From the NCBI GenBank assembly GCA_001000065.1, contig LCGZ01000004.1:128867-192866 (forward strand): a DNA stretch of 64,000 nucleotides. Reading direction: 5' to 3'. How positions within the stretch are numbered: the stretch's first letter is position 1; each line of letters opens with the position of its first letter. Shown in pieces: positions 1-9,639 of the stretch. Both the position numbers and the translations under genes were made by a program. A model generated the notes under the pieces. It was not told the origin of the DNA, did no database searches, and saw nothing but the letters and a program-made list of their open reading frames with translations. The DNA comes from a candidate division TM6 bacterium GW2011_GWF2_43_87. GTDB lineage: Bacteria; Babelota; Babeliae; Babelales; Babelaceae.

Positions 1-508
1 GCATCAGCTTAGCGGTTCTATATTTCAAATTCCAAAAACACGTATAGCGGATCGAGAGCATGAGTGGCTTCAGGTGAAAATCTGTAATCAAGATCCAACG
101 CTTGCCCCACCGGGCAGGACATTGGTGACTGTTTTGATTGATTCTGACTATGACTATTGGAATCAGCTAGCGCAAAATCCTGATGAATATCGTGCGGCTA
201 AAGATGCAGTTGCAAAAGAGGTGGCGCGTCTTCTTGAGGGCGTAATTCCTGGAATTGCTGCAGATATTCAAATGCACGATGTGTCGACACCTGTAACGGT
301 TAATAGGTATACGGGTAATTGGAAAGGCTCCTACGAGGGGTGGTTGCCAACGCCAGATGCCATTATTATGCAGATGGATAAAACCGTGTCGGGACTACGG
401 AATTTTTACATGGTTGGGCAGTGGGTCCAGCCAGGAGGCGGTTTGCCTAGTTGTGCTATGACAGCGCGTGAAGTAGTGAATATGCTCTGTAAGGCGGACA
501 AGAAGTAG
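1..508 (+). CDS. FAD-dependent oxidoreductase (phytoene desaturase / amine oxidase family), C-terminal fragment; 5' end lies outside the window
   Basis: The frame is open from position 2 to the window edge. The C-terminal motif ...NFYMVGQWVQPGGGLPSCAMTAREVV is typical of CrtI-like oxidoreductases. Confidence 0.55.
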   Translation, partial: HQLSGSIFQIPKTRIADREHEWLQVKICNQDPTLAPPGRTLVTVLIDSDYDYWNQLAQNPDEYRAAKDAVAKEVARLLEGVIPGIAADIQMHDVSTPVTVNRYTGNWKGSYEGWLPTPDAIIMQMDKTVSGLRNFYMVGQWVQPGGGLPSCAMTAREVVNMLCKADKK

Positions 509-714
509 GATAGAGGTGTTGGCGTTGCTGGAATAATTTTTTATTTTTATAAACAAAGTTTTTACACTAAAATATAATTAAATTTCTAATATTGATTTTA
601 TATTCGGTAATTTGGTATAATGATTCTGGAGATGAATATCATAGAGGTGTTTGGCTGCCATTTTATGTGCGCGTTATGCGCACGGGGCACAATTTTTTGT
701 GGAGGTGGGTAGTT

Positions 715-1272
715 ATGAAGAAGATTTTAATAAGGATGCTCTTGGGAGCTAGTTTTATCGTATGTTTGAGTTTGCCGCTTTTTGTGGGAGCGGGTAGTCA
801 GTCTTACGAAGAACTGATTAATCGCATACAAAGTAAGCTTGCTTATACTTTGGGGGCTGTGTCTTTGGAGAATCCATGGGAGCTTAGTCAGGCCCTTTTT
901 GACGTTGGGAGTGTGAAAGGTCTTATTGATAATGAGGCTAGGAGCACAGCGGTTGTTTCAGTTGCAGCCAAGAGAAAACTGGATAAGGCTATTATGGCTA
1001 TTGAAGATGCCTTAAAGATTATGCAAAAAGACTGGGGCAGCGGAGAGCGTAGGCAACAGGCAGCGACGCAGAGAAAATTACTTGAGTCGGTGCAGAAGAG
1101 TTTGAAAATCGGGGTTTTTGATACAACGACAACGCAGGCACTTAAAGAAGCTCTAGATGTTGCACTTGAATCGTTTATCATCAATCTGAAGAACAATTTG
1201 CCTATTCTTGAAGAGATAAAAGAGGTTAAGGAGATTAAAAAGGCGCCGCAAGCGGCTATAGGGCAGGTGTAA
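715..1272 (+). CDS. Secreted hypothetical protein, member 1 of a 'G-F-x-TTTTQ-x-LK' paralog family
   Basis: GGAGGTG RBS then ATG at 715. Signal peptide MKKILIRMLLGASFIVCLSL. Conserved C-terminal block GVFDTTTTQALKEALDVALESF is shared with 3257..3742 and 5353..5856. Confidence 0.6.
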   Translation: MKKILIRMLLGASFIVCLSLPLFVGAGSQSYEELINRIQSKLAYTLGAVSLENPWELSQALFDVGSVKGLIDNEARSTAVVSVAAKRKLDKAIMAIEDALKIMQKDWGSGERRQQAATQRKLLESVQKSLKIGVFDTTTTQALKEALDVALESFIINLKNNLPILEEIKEVKEIKKAPQAAIGQV

Positions 1273-1310
1273 GAGCGTTGCTGTATTTTTCTTTATCCAA
1301 TTTTTTGATC

Positions 1311-1344
1311 AAAAGGGCCTTGGAATTTAACCCAAGGCCCTTTT
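1311..1344. terminator. Bidirectional rho-independent terminator hairpin between convergent genes
   Basis: aaaa-AAGGGCCTTGG-aatttaac-CCAAGGCCCTT-tt forms a perfect 11-bp stem with an A-run on the left and a T-run on the right. Confidence 0.6.
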
Positions 1345-1385
1345 GCATAGATCAGATTTAAAAATTTTATTGTTTTGTATCTGTT

Positions 1386-2228
1386 TTAATCATTGGTGAA
1401 GTTTATTTTTAGGTCATTAAAACGCAGGTTTTTGTAGGTTTCGTTTTTAAACTCTTTTTCAATGCATTTGAATACGCGTTCCAGGTTTTTGTAGAAGTAA
1501 TGCGTGTCTTGTGTAAGTAGGATGCCTGGCTTTTCTAGACTCAGCTTTTCTAGTTGGTTTTCAACCTGTGGTGTTATAACTAGTTGCGTGTGGACTTTTA
1601 GCCCTCTAAATAGGTCTGTTGCCATTTTTAACAAGGGTATAAGAGAGCGGAACTTTTTAGCGTTTTCTGGTAGGGGTTTGTTTTGCAGAAGGGCGAATAC
1701 TAGGGAGCTTACTATAGGAATTTTGAAAGCGAGTTGTGGCCCCTCTTTTTTGAATGGAATAATAGACGAGATAAGCTCTGCGCCGTTGTTGTTGGAAAGA
1801 GCCGGCGTCGATTGCTTAGGATGACCTGATGGGTTGGCGCCGGATAATATAAGAATCTTGATGATATCTAAGTTGTCGACTAAGTCGGCAAAGTGAAGGG
1901 GAGTTTTATAATGTATATTTTCTGCATTTGGGTTGGCCTTAGATGCAATGAGTTTTTTAACAATCCCTTCACATTCATGTAAACAGGCGTAGTGAAGAGG
2001 GGTGTTTTTTCTGTTATCCGATACATTGACGTTGGCGTGATCGACGTCAATGAGCTTTGTTACCAGGGGTAGGTCTCCGTTTTTTGCAGCGTCAAAAAGT
2101 TGTTTGCTAACCGGTTCTTGTGTTTGTTGCGGGTGTTGGAGGTTTTGTATTTTATTCATACCTCGTGCAGGTATTACCAAGAGGATGATGCCGAGACCAA
2201 GATATAGACGTGAATGTTTGCTAAGCAT
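1386..2228 (-). CDS. Ankyrin-repeat protein with N-terminal signal peptide
   Basis: Signal peptide MLSKHSRLYLGLGIILLVIPARG. ANK motifs NGDLPLVTKLI..., TPLHYACLHECEGIVKKLIASKANPN, and TPLHFA. Confidence 0.8.
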   Translation of the reverse strand: MLSKHSRLYLGLGIILLVIPARGMNKIQNLQHPQQTQEPVSKQLFDAAKNGDLPLVTKLIDVDHANVNVSDNRKNTPLHYACLHECEGIVKKLIASKANPNAENIHYKTPLHFADLVDNLDIIKILILSGANPSGHPKQSTPALSNNNGAELISSIIPFKKEGPQLAFKIPIVSSLVFALLQNKPLPENAKKFRSLIPLLKMATDLFRGLKVHTQLVITPQVENQLEKLSLEKPGILLTQDTHYFYKNLERVFKCIEKEFKNETYKNLRFNDLKINFTND

Positions 2229-2403
2229 GATTGCATTCCTTTAAATTAAGACAAATTGCGACATTTAAATTTTATTTTGGGGAGTAGATAAGCTTTAGTC
2301 CCTTTCAAGAGCTTATCTCATATTTCAAATTTGTCAAAAATAAATAAATAGATTTTGCGTATTTATTTGATAAAGGGAGTGAGTGGTGGGATTTAGGCTT
2401 ATC

Positions 2404-3069
2404 CTATTTTAATCCATAGATGCCTAGCTCTTTTTCTATGCTTTCGACGTCTTTTACTATAGTTTCAAAGCCTTTGTTACCAAAAAGCTGAGTCTCTATA
2501 TCCTCAAATATTTCACCAAGGTCTTCAAAGCCTTTTTTAGTAATAAGAGCGCGAACTTGGGGAAATAACACGGTATCTTCCCATGCTGCATGAGGTCGGT
2601 ACATGGTAATGAATTCTTGCATTAGGGCCTGTAGCTGTTTTTTAGTTTGGTTATTAAGGGGCTCTTTTTGTGCTACTATTTTTAATAATTGCTTCGTGAT
2701 TTTTTTGCCCTGGATGTGTTGTCTCTTTAGAGTTTTGACTAATTCAGTCTCTTTTTTGTTTTTCTCAAAGAGTGAGAATATATAGTTTTCCTCAAGTTTT
2801 TCATGATACTCTTCGATAAACGATCTGATTATATTTGCCGTTTTATAAAGCTCTTTCAGTGGAATTTTATCTTTTTTATCAATGCGCTTTATTATTTCCT
2901 CATAAATTAAGAAAATACGATGGATGACACCGTGTTCGCGCATTAAATCTTCTGTTGGTGGGATATCGAGATCTTCTTTTTTATTAACAGCATTTAACCC
3001 AGTGAAGTTTGCTAAAAAGGCTAGGGATAAGATAATGCGATAGGGTGTGCAAAAAAAAGATTTTTGCAT
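2404..3069 (-). CDS. Hemerythrin-like (HHE cation-binding) domain protein with signal peptide
   Basis: Motifs MREHGVIHRIF, EEYHEKLEE, and HAAWEDTVLFP match paired His/Glu metal-binding helices of hemerythrin-like proteins. There is an N-terminal hydrophobic leader. Confidence 0.55.
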   Translation of the reverse strand: MQKSFFCTPYRIILSLAFLANFTGLNAVNKKEDLDIPPTEDLMREHGVIHRIFLIYEEIIKRIDKKDKIPLKELYKTANIIRSFIEEYHEKLEENYIFSLFEKNKKETELVKTLKRQHIQGKKITKQLLKIVAQKEPLNNQTKKQLQALMQEFITMYRPHAAWEDTVLFPQVRALITKKGFEDLGEIFEDIETQLFGNKGFETIVKDVESIEKELGIYGLK

Positions 3070-3256
3070 TTTAAAACTCCTTAAATTTTAGCAAAACAAT
3101 TGAGCGCTGCTTTGCCTTAGTATCATAAAGCCCTGTGTAACTTTTCAAGAGTTAAGCCTTCTTTATTGATTTTGAAGGTTTGATCTTGCTACTTTAAGAG
3201 TAGAAGAAAGATGCGAAAGTGCATTTTGTAGGTGTTTTAATAAAAGCGGAGGGGTT

Positions 3257-3742
3257 ATGAAAAAACTATTATTAGCCGGATTAATTGTGGTTATAGGTTG
3301 TACGGTCTACGTGCAGTTAAGCGCAACACTTCCTGCAAACTATAAGGATCGGGTTACGCTGATAAACGTGAGGCTTAAAAATGCTCTGGGAAGTTTTGGT
3401 GGAACAATTGAAAAGTTTAACCCTGCCTATTCTATTGCAATGATTGCAACGGCTAAAAAAGTTATAAATGCAGAACCTAATGCAACGCTTTCTGTTTTAA
3501 ACAAGAAAAACCTAAATCAGATTTTGGATGAAATGGAGAATGGTTTAGCGGGTCTCAAAACGCTAAAGGGCAAAGAAAGTGACTTTAAAGCAAGGGTTGA
3601 TGTGTGTCAAAGAAGGATGGGAGATCTGCTTGATGATTTAAAGGTAGGTTTTTTCGAAACAACAACGACTCAAGATTTGAAAAAAGCTGTGCGCACAGCC
3701 GCTGAAACGTATCAAAAAGCTCTTGCCAATTTAGTGCGTTAG
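3257..3742 (+). CDS. Secreted hypothetical protein, TTTTQ-family paralog 2
   Basis: GGAGGGG RBS and signal peptide. C-terminal block VGFFETTTTQDLKKAVRTAAETYQKALANLVR. Confidence 0.6.
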   Translation: MKKLLLAGLIVVIGCTVYVQLSATLPANYKDRVTLINVRLKNALGSFGGTIEKFNPAYSIAMIATAKKVINAEPNATLSVLNKKNLNQILDEMENGLAGLKTLKGKESDFKARVDVCQRRMGDLLDDLKVGFFETTTTQDLKKAVRTAAETYQKALANLVR

Positions 3743-4026
3743 CAAATTTTTCTTTTTATGCCTTGTGGATAGATGATTTGGATTGATTTCTAAAAAGTGC
3801 GGGTGGAATCAGTATAAAATTGTAAAATATGCTGGTTCTACTCGTAGAAATTGAAAAATTTATTTGGCGCACTTCTGATCGTCAAGAAGAGGTGGATGAG
3901 GATGCACTGCAGGATTTGCCACAGTTGCTGGGGGTTAAATTAAATCTTTAAAACGTTAGCGAGCATTGGCCAGAGTGAGATTTTTCTTCTGACTAATGCT
4001 CGCTTTTCTATTTCTAAGTAAGGGGT

Positions 4027-5214
4027 TTAAACGCCTTGATCGCCTTCTTCTAATGGCATTTCATAAAAGAAATGAAACTCTTTCGGTAACGCGGTGTATG
4101 GAATTTTGCTAACAATATCGTCAAAAGAGCCTGAACAGAACGTATCCCAGAATAGAATTACTTTGTCCTTAATATTCCTTGTGTTTACATCATGCAGAAG
4201 GGCGGCAAATGTTTTTCCTGTATATGTCCCATCCAGTTTAATGCCTTCTGTTTCCCACAATAATTTAACGGCATCATGAGTTTGAGCCGAAATAGCAGCA
4301 TATCCTTTACCAACAAAATCAAAAGATACGGCGAAATCTTTTTCTGTTAACACAATGCGAGGGAAGGTTGGATCTGCTTTGATAAGGTTGTTACATGCTC
4401 CCTGTACAAGTGTTATAAGTTTGGCTGCATGTGTTGGACTTTCTTCATCTTCAATACATATAGGTATGACAACGGATTTAAGTCCTGCTGCACGGAGTCC
4501 TAGCATAAGACCTGCAGCAGTTCCGCAACTACCTAGGGCTGTGTAGATATAATCAGGTTCTGGTAGAAGCCCCTTGTCTATCTGTTGCTTAAGTTCAAAA
4601 GCAGCATTGACAAAGCCAAGGGTTCCAACAAGATCAGATCCGCCTGAAGTGATGTTATAAAGTTGCGTTCCCGTCTTTTCATAATGAAGGCTATTAAGCC
4701 GCGCAATTTCTCCATTGCGTGAGTTGTCGTCTTCATAATCAGCAATAAAGTGTTGTTCGGCGCCCCAGTAATAATCAAGTTTTAGGTTGCGCTGTAGATA
4801 TGAGGTGTTGCGTTGCATGCCTAATAAACATACGCATTCAAGTCCGCAAAGATGTGCATACAACGCCGTAGCACATACATGGTTTGAGCCGGCAAAGCCG
4901 CGAGTAAAAATGCCACGGTAACCCTTGGCAATTGCATCCGCGAGAAGAAATTCTAGTTTTCTGACTTTGTTGCCACCAAACGGGTTTCCTGAAAGATCAT
5001 CTCGTTTAATCCATAGGTTTGGTACGTTCAAGAGGGTGCCTAGCGTGTTTAGTTGCTGGACAGGGGTAGGGAGATTGCCTAGATGACAGTGAGGGATAGA
5101 TAGTGCAAGCGCTGGGTAAGCCTCAAAGAGGGGGTTTGGTTGTTCTACGTGTGCTTCTAGCATTAGCGTAACAAGGGCTAATGCCATGTACCCTATGCGT
5201 GTAAAAAACTTCAT
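4027..5214 (-). CDS. PLP-dependent enzyme of the D-cysteine desulfhydrase / ACC deaminase family, with an N-terminal hydrophobic leader
   Basis: LPTPVQQL...WIKRDDLSG..GGNKVRKLEFLLADA...GSNHVCATA matches the DcyD/ACC-deaminase fold-II PLP family along its whole length. There is an extra N-terminal MKFFTRIGYMALALVTLMLEA. Confidence 0.7.
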   Translation of the reverse strand: MKFFTRIGYMALALVTLMLEAHVEQPNPLFEAYPALALSIPHCHLGNLPTPVQQLNTLGTLLNVPNLWIKRDDLSGNPFGGNKVRKLEFLLADAIAKGYRGIFTRGFAGSNHVCATALYAHLCGLECVCLLGMQRNTSYLQRNLKLDYYWGAEQHFIADYEDDNSRNGEIARLNSLHYEKTGTQLYNITSGGSDLVGTLGFVNAAFELKQQIDKGLLPEPDYIYTALGSCGTAAGLMLGLRAAGLKSVVIPICIEDEESPTHAAKLITLVQGACNNLIKADPTFPRIVLTEKDFAVSFDFVGKGYAAISAQTHDAVKLLWETEGIKLDGTYTGKTFAALLHDVNTRNIKDKVILFWDTFCSGSFDDIVSKIPYTALPKEFHFFYEMPLEEGDQGV

Positions 5215-5352
5215 ACTAACTCAATTCCTTTTGATGGTTGAAAATAATTTCTGGTCCTTAAATTACCAAAAATTAAACAAACGTGCTACGTTTGCCAGCT
5301 CTCTATACTTTGTTTGAACAGAAGGCGCCCCTGATGGGTCTTTAAAATGCCC

Positions 5353-5856
5353 TTATTTTTGTTTATGAACCAACTTGCTTAGATAGCTTATGTAACTAGT
5401 GGCAGCATCTTTTACCGCCCCTTTAAAATCCCTGGTAGTTGTCGTATCTGAAAAGCCTATCTTGATGTCAGAGAGGTGTTTGTTGATTGCCTTTAATGCC
5501 TGTTTCACCTGTTCTTGACGACACCTGTTAGTAGCGCACCCGTTGACCAATGCCACTTCAAAACCTATCGTTTCCAAAGCATCTATTAATAGCGTTCTTA
5601 CTTTCGATGACAGGCCAGGCTCAGCTTGAATAGTCCCTTTAGCATGATTGATAGCATCTTGGATTGACTCTGTGTTTAAAACTTGAATTGAATCGCCCAG
5701 CATTTCTTTGAGTGATTGTACAACTTGAAGGTGATCTTTGTAATAGCCAAGAGTAGCTTCCTGGGACGGTGTAGCCGTTAGCTTTTTACTTGCAAACGAT
5801 ACAATAAAACTGGATATTCCTACAACCAATAAGCCTACTAAAAAAAGTCTTTTCAC
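5353..5856 (-). CDS. Secreted hypothetical protein, TTTTQ-family paralog 3
   Basis: Signal peptide MKRLFLVGLLVVGISSFIVSFA. C-terminal block IGFSDTTTTRDFKGAVKDAATSYISYL. Confidence 0.6.
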   Translation of the reverse strand: MKRLFLVGLLVVGISSFIVSFASKKLTATPSQEATLGYYKDHLQVVQSLKEMLGDSIQVLNTESIQDAINHAKGTIQAEPGLSSKVRTLLIDALETIGFEVALVNGCATNRCRQEQVKQALKAINKHLSDIKIGFSDTTTTRDFKGAVKDAATSYISYLSKLVHKQK

Positions 5857-6254
5857 AACTTACTCTTTTTCTGAACAGAACCTTAATTACTGTTTTTAAA
5901 CTTCTTATCATTTTTTGCTGCGCCTAGGCAAACATTTAAGGTGTGGAATTTTTACAGAAGACATTCGAATGTTTATGTACCGCTCGTACCCGTTCGATAC
6001 ATTGTGTCGCTGCGCCGACACAACACTCAGGGTGAGCGGTCTGGAGCTGTTTTTAGAGAATATGGTGCTGAGTTTAACTGGCAAATGAATCAGCTTTCCC
6101 CCTTCTAAGGAGACTATTAGAGGTGGTGGATCATCTACTATGCTTCTTTAGTAAGATTTGAAATGTATTGTCCAAAATTCACGCAGAGTACAACCGTTGA
6201 TAAATCAGATTTTTTGATGCACGATAATAGAGAAATTGTTCTCACTCGTTTACT

Positions 6255-6518
6255 ATGAGGAAATCCATGAAAACGTCACTTAATCTAACGCAAGAGCAAT
6301 TACAATGCGAATTTGAATTGCTACAAAAAGTAATCAAAACCAATAAACTAAGTTCACCTGAAATTGAAAGCGCCGTCAAAGCTTTTACTGCATCTCCAAG
6401 CTGTTCTACACTTACCGCTCTGTCAACTGTAGTAGAAAAGGCAGCGGAAAAGTCTGCTAAATCTGATGAATCGCCCAAAAAACGGTCGTGCTGCAGAAGC
6501 TGTTGCAAAAAGGCATAA
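6255..6518 (+). CDS. Small hypothetical protein with a Cys-rich basic C-terminus (…KKRSCCRSCCKKA)
   Basis: ORF with helical-looking composition. A competing antisense ORF at 6242..6508 looks less protein-like. No recognisable family. Confidence 0.3.
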   Translation: MRKSMKTSLNLTQEQLQCEFELLQKVIKTNKLSSPEIESAVKAFTASPSCSTLTALSTVVEKAAEKSAKSDESPKKRSCCRSCCKKA

Positions 6519-6551
6519 GAAGCATTTTTATTGGGAATTTCATCAACGGTT

Positions 6552-7790
6552 TTAAAACGGTGAGAATGAACAAGCTAGTTTTTTAACTTCTGATGCAAGA
6601 ATTGCAACACTTTTTTTAGGGCTTTGCGATAAGGCATCATGTATAATGCCGGTTAGCTTTAGCACCTCATTTTCTCTCATGCCACGAGTAGTTAGTGCTG
6701 CTGTGCCAATTCTAATGCCGCTTCCTACCATGGGGCTCTGCGTATCAAAAGGAATGCAGTTTCGGTTTACCGTTATACCTATCTGACTTAGACGTATTTC
6801 TGCATCCGCTCCCGTTATGCCTTTGTTTGTTAAATCGACCATAAAGAGGTGGTTGTCGGTCCCTCCGGCCACTATCCTGTATCCCAGACTCTCAAGGCTC
6901 TTGGCCATAAATTGTGCGTTTGCAACAACCTGTGTTTGATATACTTTGAAGGCCGGTTGATGTGCCAGTTCAAAACAGACGGCCTTTGCTGCAATTTGTT
7001 GCATTAACGGTCCGCCTTGCATGCCTGGCATTACTGCTCTATTAATGGCTGTTGCATACTGGGCTTGGCTAAGTATAAATCCTCCACGTGGCCCACGTAG
7101 CGTTTTTTGCGTGGTGCTCGTTATACAATCTGCATGTCCTATGGGTGAAGGATGACATCCAGCGGCTATCAAACCCGCAATGTGAGCAATGTCCGCCATC
7201 AAAAATGCACCCACTTTTTTTGCAATCTGGCCAAATCGCTCAAAATCTATCGTGCGTGAATAAGCCGATGCGCCTGCAATAATAAGTTTAGGCCGGTGTT
7301 CAAGAGCACATTTTTCAACGGCATCATAATCAATGCATTCAGTCGCTCTATCCACTGTGTAAAACACAAATTTAAAGAGTTTGCCTGAAAGGTTTATCGG
7401 GTAGCCGTGTGTTAAATGTCCGCCTGCAGCAAAATCCATTGCCAATACGGTGTCACCAAGGTTCAAGAAGGCGAGATATGCCGCACTGTTTGCTTGCGAT
7501 CCAGAGTGGGGCTGAACATTGGCGTATTCGCAGTTAAATAGTTTTTTGCATCGGTCAATTGCAAGTTGTTCAAGTTCATCTACAACTTCACAGCCTGCAT
7601 AAAATCTCTTTCCAACCGTTCCTTCGGCATATTTGTTTGTGAAAACGGATCCTGACGCTTCGCAAATTGCTGCATTCGCATAATTTTCAGATGCAATGAG
7701 ACTTATAGTTTCGAATTGTCGGGCTCGTTCGCGCTCTATAAGATGGGCTACGAGAGGGTCGGTGTTAATAAGGGTCATAGGGGGGTTCAC
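6552..7790 (-). CDS. glyA: Serine hydroxymethyltransferase
   Basis: Full-length match to SHMT, including the HLTHGYP and LIASENY signatures. Overlaps tsaD by 4 nt, suggesting an operon. Confidence 0.95.
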   Translation of the reverse strand: MNPPMTLINTDPLVAHLIERERARQFETISLIASENYANAAICEASGSVFTNKYAEGTVGKRFYAGCEVVDELEQLAIDRCKKLFNCEYANVQPHSGSQANSAAYLAFLNLGDTVLAMDFAAGGHLTHGYPINLSGKLFKFVFYTVDRATECIDYDAVEKCALEHRPKLIIAGASAYSRTIDFERFGQIAKKVGAFLMADIAHIAGLIAAGCHPSPIGHADCITSTTQKTLRGPRGGFILSQAQYATAINRAVMPGMQGGPLMQQIAAKAVCFELAHQPAFKVYQTQVVANAQFMAKSLESLGYRIVAGGTDNHLFMVDLTNKGITGADAEIRLSQIGITVNRNCIPFDTQSPMVGSGIRIGTAALTTRGMRENEVLKLTGIIHDALSQSPKKSVAILASEVKKLACSFSPF

Positions 7791-8848
7791 GGTGTTTTTC
7801 CCGGTCTAGTTTTTCGTTGTAAAGATATATCTAGTGCAAGATCTGCAAAGAGTCCTTGTTCTGCTCGGTAGCTCCCTACAAAGGCAACCATTGCAGCGTT
7901 ATCGGTGCAAAAATGGCGAGGAGGTGCGTAAAACAGTACATCAGATTCCTTTGCTTGTGCTGCAATGCGATCTACAAGATAACGGTTGCATGCAACTCCG
8001 CCTGCAAAGGTTATCGCTTGTGACTGTGGAAATTCATTTAAAGCCCTAGTGAGACGATCAACCAAAATGTCACCCACGCAGACCAAAAATGAGCTAGCAA
8101 CTCGTTCTTTTAGATCGGTATCATCCGGGCAGAGGAATGTTTTTGTTTTTAGGTCGAAGGCGCCTTGTTCAACCAGATTGTATAGTACAGCTGTTTTGAG
8201 CCCCGAAAAGCTGAAATCCAAGGTCTTTGCTTTTAGCCGTGGATAATGCAAAGAATCCTTAAATCCAGACTCGCGTGCTAGCCGTTCTATAGTAGGGCCT
8301 CCGGGATAGGGTAACCCAATAAGCTTTGCTACTTTATCGAATGCTTCTCCAGCGGCATCATCTCGAGTTGTACCTATAAGATTGTATTTCCCTAATTCCT
8401 CTATATAAAATAGTGATGTGTGTCCACCGGATGCGGTTAAGCAGATGTGGGGAAACGGAACAACGGTCTGAATAAGGGGGGAGAATGCATGTGCTTCAAT
8501 ATGATTAACCTCGATAAGGCGTATATGATTCGCATACGCAAGCGCCTTTGCAAAACAGAGACCTACAAGGAGTGAGCCGGGCAATCCAGGGCCTGTGGTG
8601 ACTGCAATGGCCCCTATGTCTTTTAGGTCGATGCCTGCATCATCAAGGGCCTGTTCTGTTATGCTGGTGATTTTTTCGATATGAGAGCGTGATGCAACCT
8701 CAGGAACAACGCCACCGTAGGGGCGATGGAGCTCTATTTGTGAAAACAAAACGTTAGACCTGATTCCAACTCCGATTTCATACACTGCTGCCGCAGTTTC
8801 GTCGCATGACGTTTCAATTCCTAGGACAAACGGAGTTTTCACAGGCAT
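7787..8848 (-). CDS. tsaD: tRNA N6-adenosine threonylcarbamoyltransferase
   Basis: GIETSCDETAAAVY N-terminus and Kae1/TsaD fold along its whole length. Confidence 0.9.
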   Translation of the reverse strand: MPVKTPFVLGIETSCDETAAAVYEIGVGIRSNVLFSQIELHRPYGGVVPEVASRSHIEKITSITEQALDDAGIDLKDIGAIAVTTGPGLPGSLLVGLCFAKALAYANHIRLIEVNHIEAHAFSPLIQTVVPFPHICLTASGGHTSLFYIEELGKYNLIGTTRDDAAGEAFDKVAKLIGLPYPGGPTIERLARESGFKDSLHYPRLKAKTLDFSFSGLKTAVLYNLVEQGAFDLKTKTFLCPDDTDLKERVASSFLVCVGDILVDRLTRALNEFPQSQAITFAGGVACNRYLVDRIAAQAKESDVLFYAPPRHFCTDNAAMVAFVGSYRAEQGLFADLALDISLQRKTRPGKTP

Positions 8849-8852
8849 TGTC

Positions 8853-9548
8853 CTAATCGGGGCAGTGGATATGATGAGCGCAGGGCAATGCAGCCGCTGT
8901 GGATAGGGCTGAAAGACACGAAGGACGTTCTCTACAATTTATCGCTCTCATGTCTGGACGACTCATGGTAGCAAATAGGATTGCCTCATCAAAGGCTTCC
9001 TTGGTTTTAGCGTCATCTAGTGATTTGAAAATAAGCGTAGGCAGGTTTATAGAGTCTGCACTAGGAATTTCGGTTAACGTTTCTATAAATTGTGGGTCAA
9101 TTAGGACGACAACCGCGTGTTCCGGTAAAGCTTCAGGCATATCGGCGCGTGCGACGGGTTTGATGATCCATGAATATTCTTTGATACTTTCGCCATCTTC
9201 CCCTTCCATTTCATATTCACGAGGAATAAGTGTTAGGTCCCACCAGGCACATGGTAGTGTGGTGTCGCGAACCAGGGCAGAGACTGTTTTACCGCGCATT
9301 TTAAAGGTTAAGTAAGGAGTTACAACGAGAGAGAACACCGTAGGGGAACCACACTCAGGAAGCAGCGCGCGGCCTTCACTTAATGACAGTTCAAAGCCCT
9401 TATAATATCCGCATAGTCCATCAATGCTTACTAAGTTAGGCACATGAAGATTCAGCAAGTAGGGACGCGCCGAACTCTGGAGACCATTGTGTACCAAAAT
9501 GGTTGAAATCAGGCCCAAAAGTAGGGGAATTAGCTTAAACAGTTTCAT
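8853..9548 (-). CDS. Hypothetical secreted protein (first gene of the hyp-tsaD-glyA operon)
   Basis: The start is chosen at the internal ATG (MKLFKLIPLLLGLISTILV signal peptide) preceded by AGGAAAGGA. The longer 333-aa ORF would overlap the divergent DUF2062 gene. Confidence 0.5.
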   Translation of the reverse strand: MKLFKLIPLLLGLISTILVHNGLQSSARPYLLNLHVPNLVSIDGLCGYYKGFELSLSEGRALLPECGSPTVFSLVVTPYLTFKMRGKTVSALVRDTTLPCAWWDLTLIPREYEMEGEDGESIKEYSWIIKPVARADMPEALPEHAVVVLIDPQFIETLTEIPSADSINLPTLIFKSLDDAKTKEAFDEAILFATMSRPDMRAINCRERPSCLSALSTAAALPCAHHIHCPD

Positions 9549-9639
9549 GCAAGTATCCTTTCCTATTATACTTAGGGTTAGGATAGCTGAAAAAAACATT
9601 TTTTCAAAATACAAGCTTGTTATAATAAGGAGAGACTGG

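Noticed and set aside
888-1196. Antisense and embedded ORFs (e.g. 888..1196, 1504..1824, 16224..16849, 17036..17416, 59105..59569, 60448..60738)
   Set aside because: They lie fully inside well-supported genes on the opposite strand. They are Cys/Ser/Leu-rich with repeat periodicity inherited from the sense gene. They are treated as non-coding shadows.
6242-6508. 88-aa minus-strand ORF overlapping 6255..6518
   Set aside because: Both frames are open. The plus-strand product looks more protein-like, being helical with a charged tail. The minus-strand product is Ser/Leu-rich. Neither is strongly supported.
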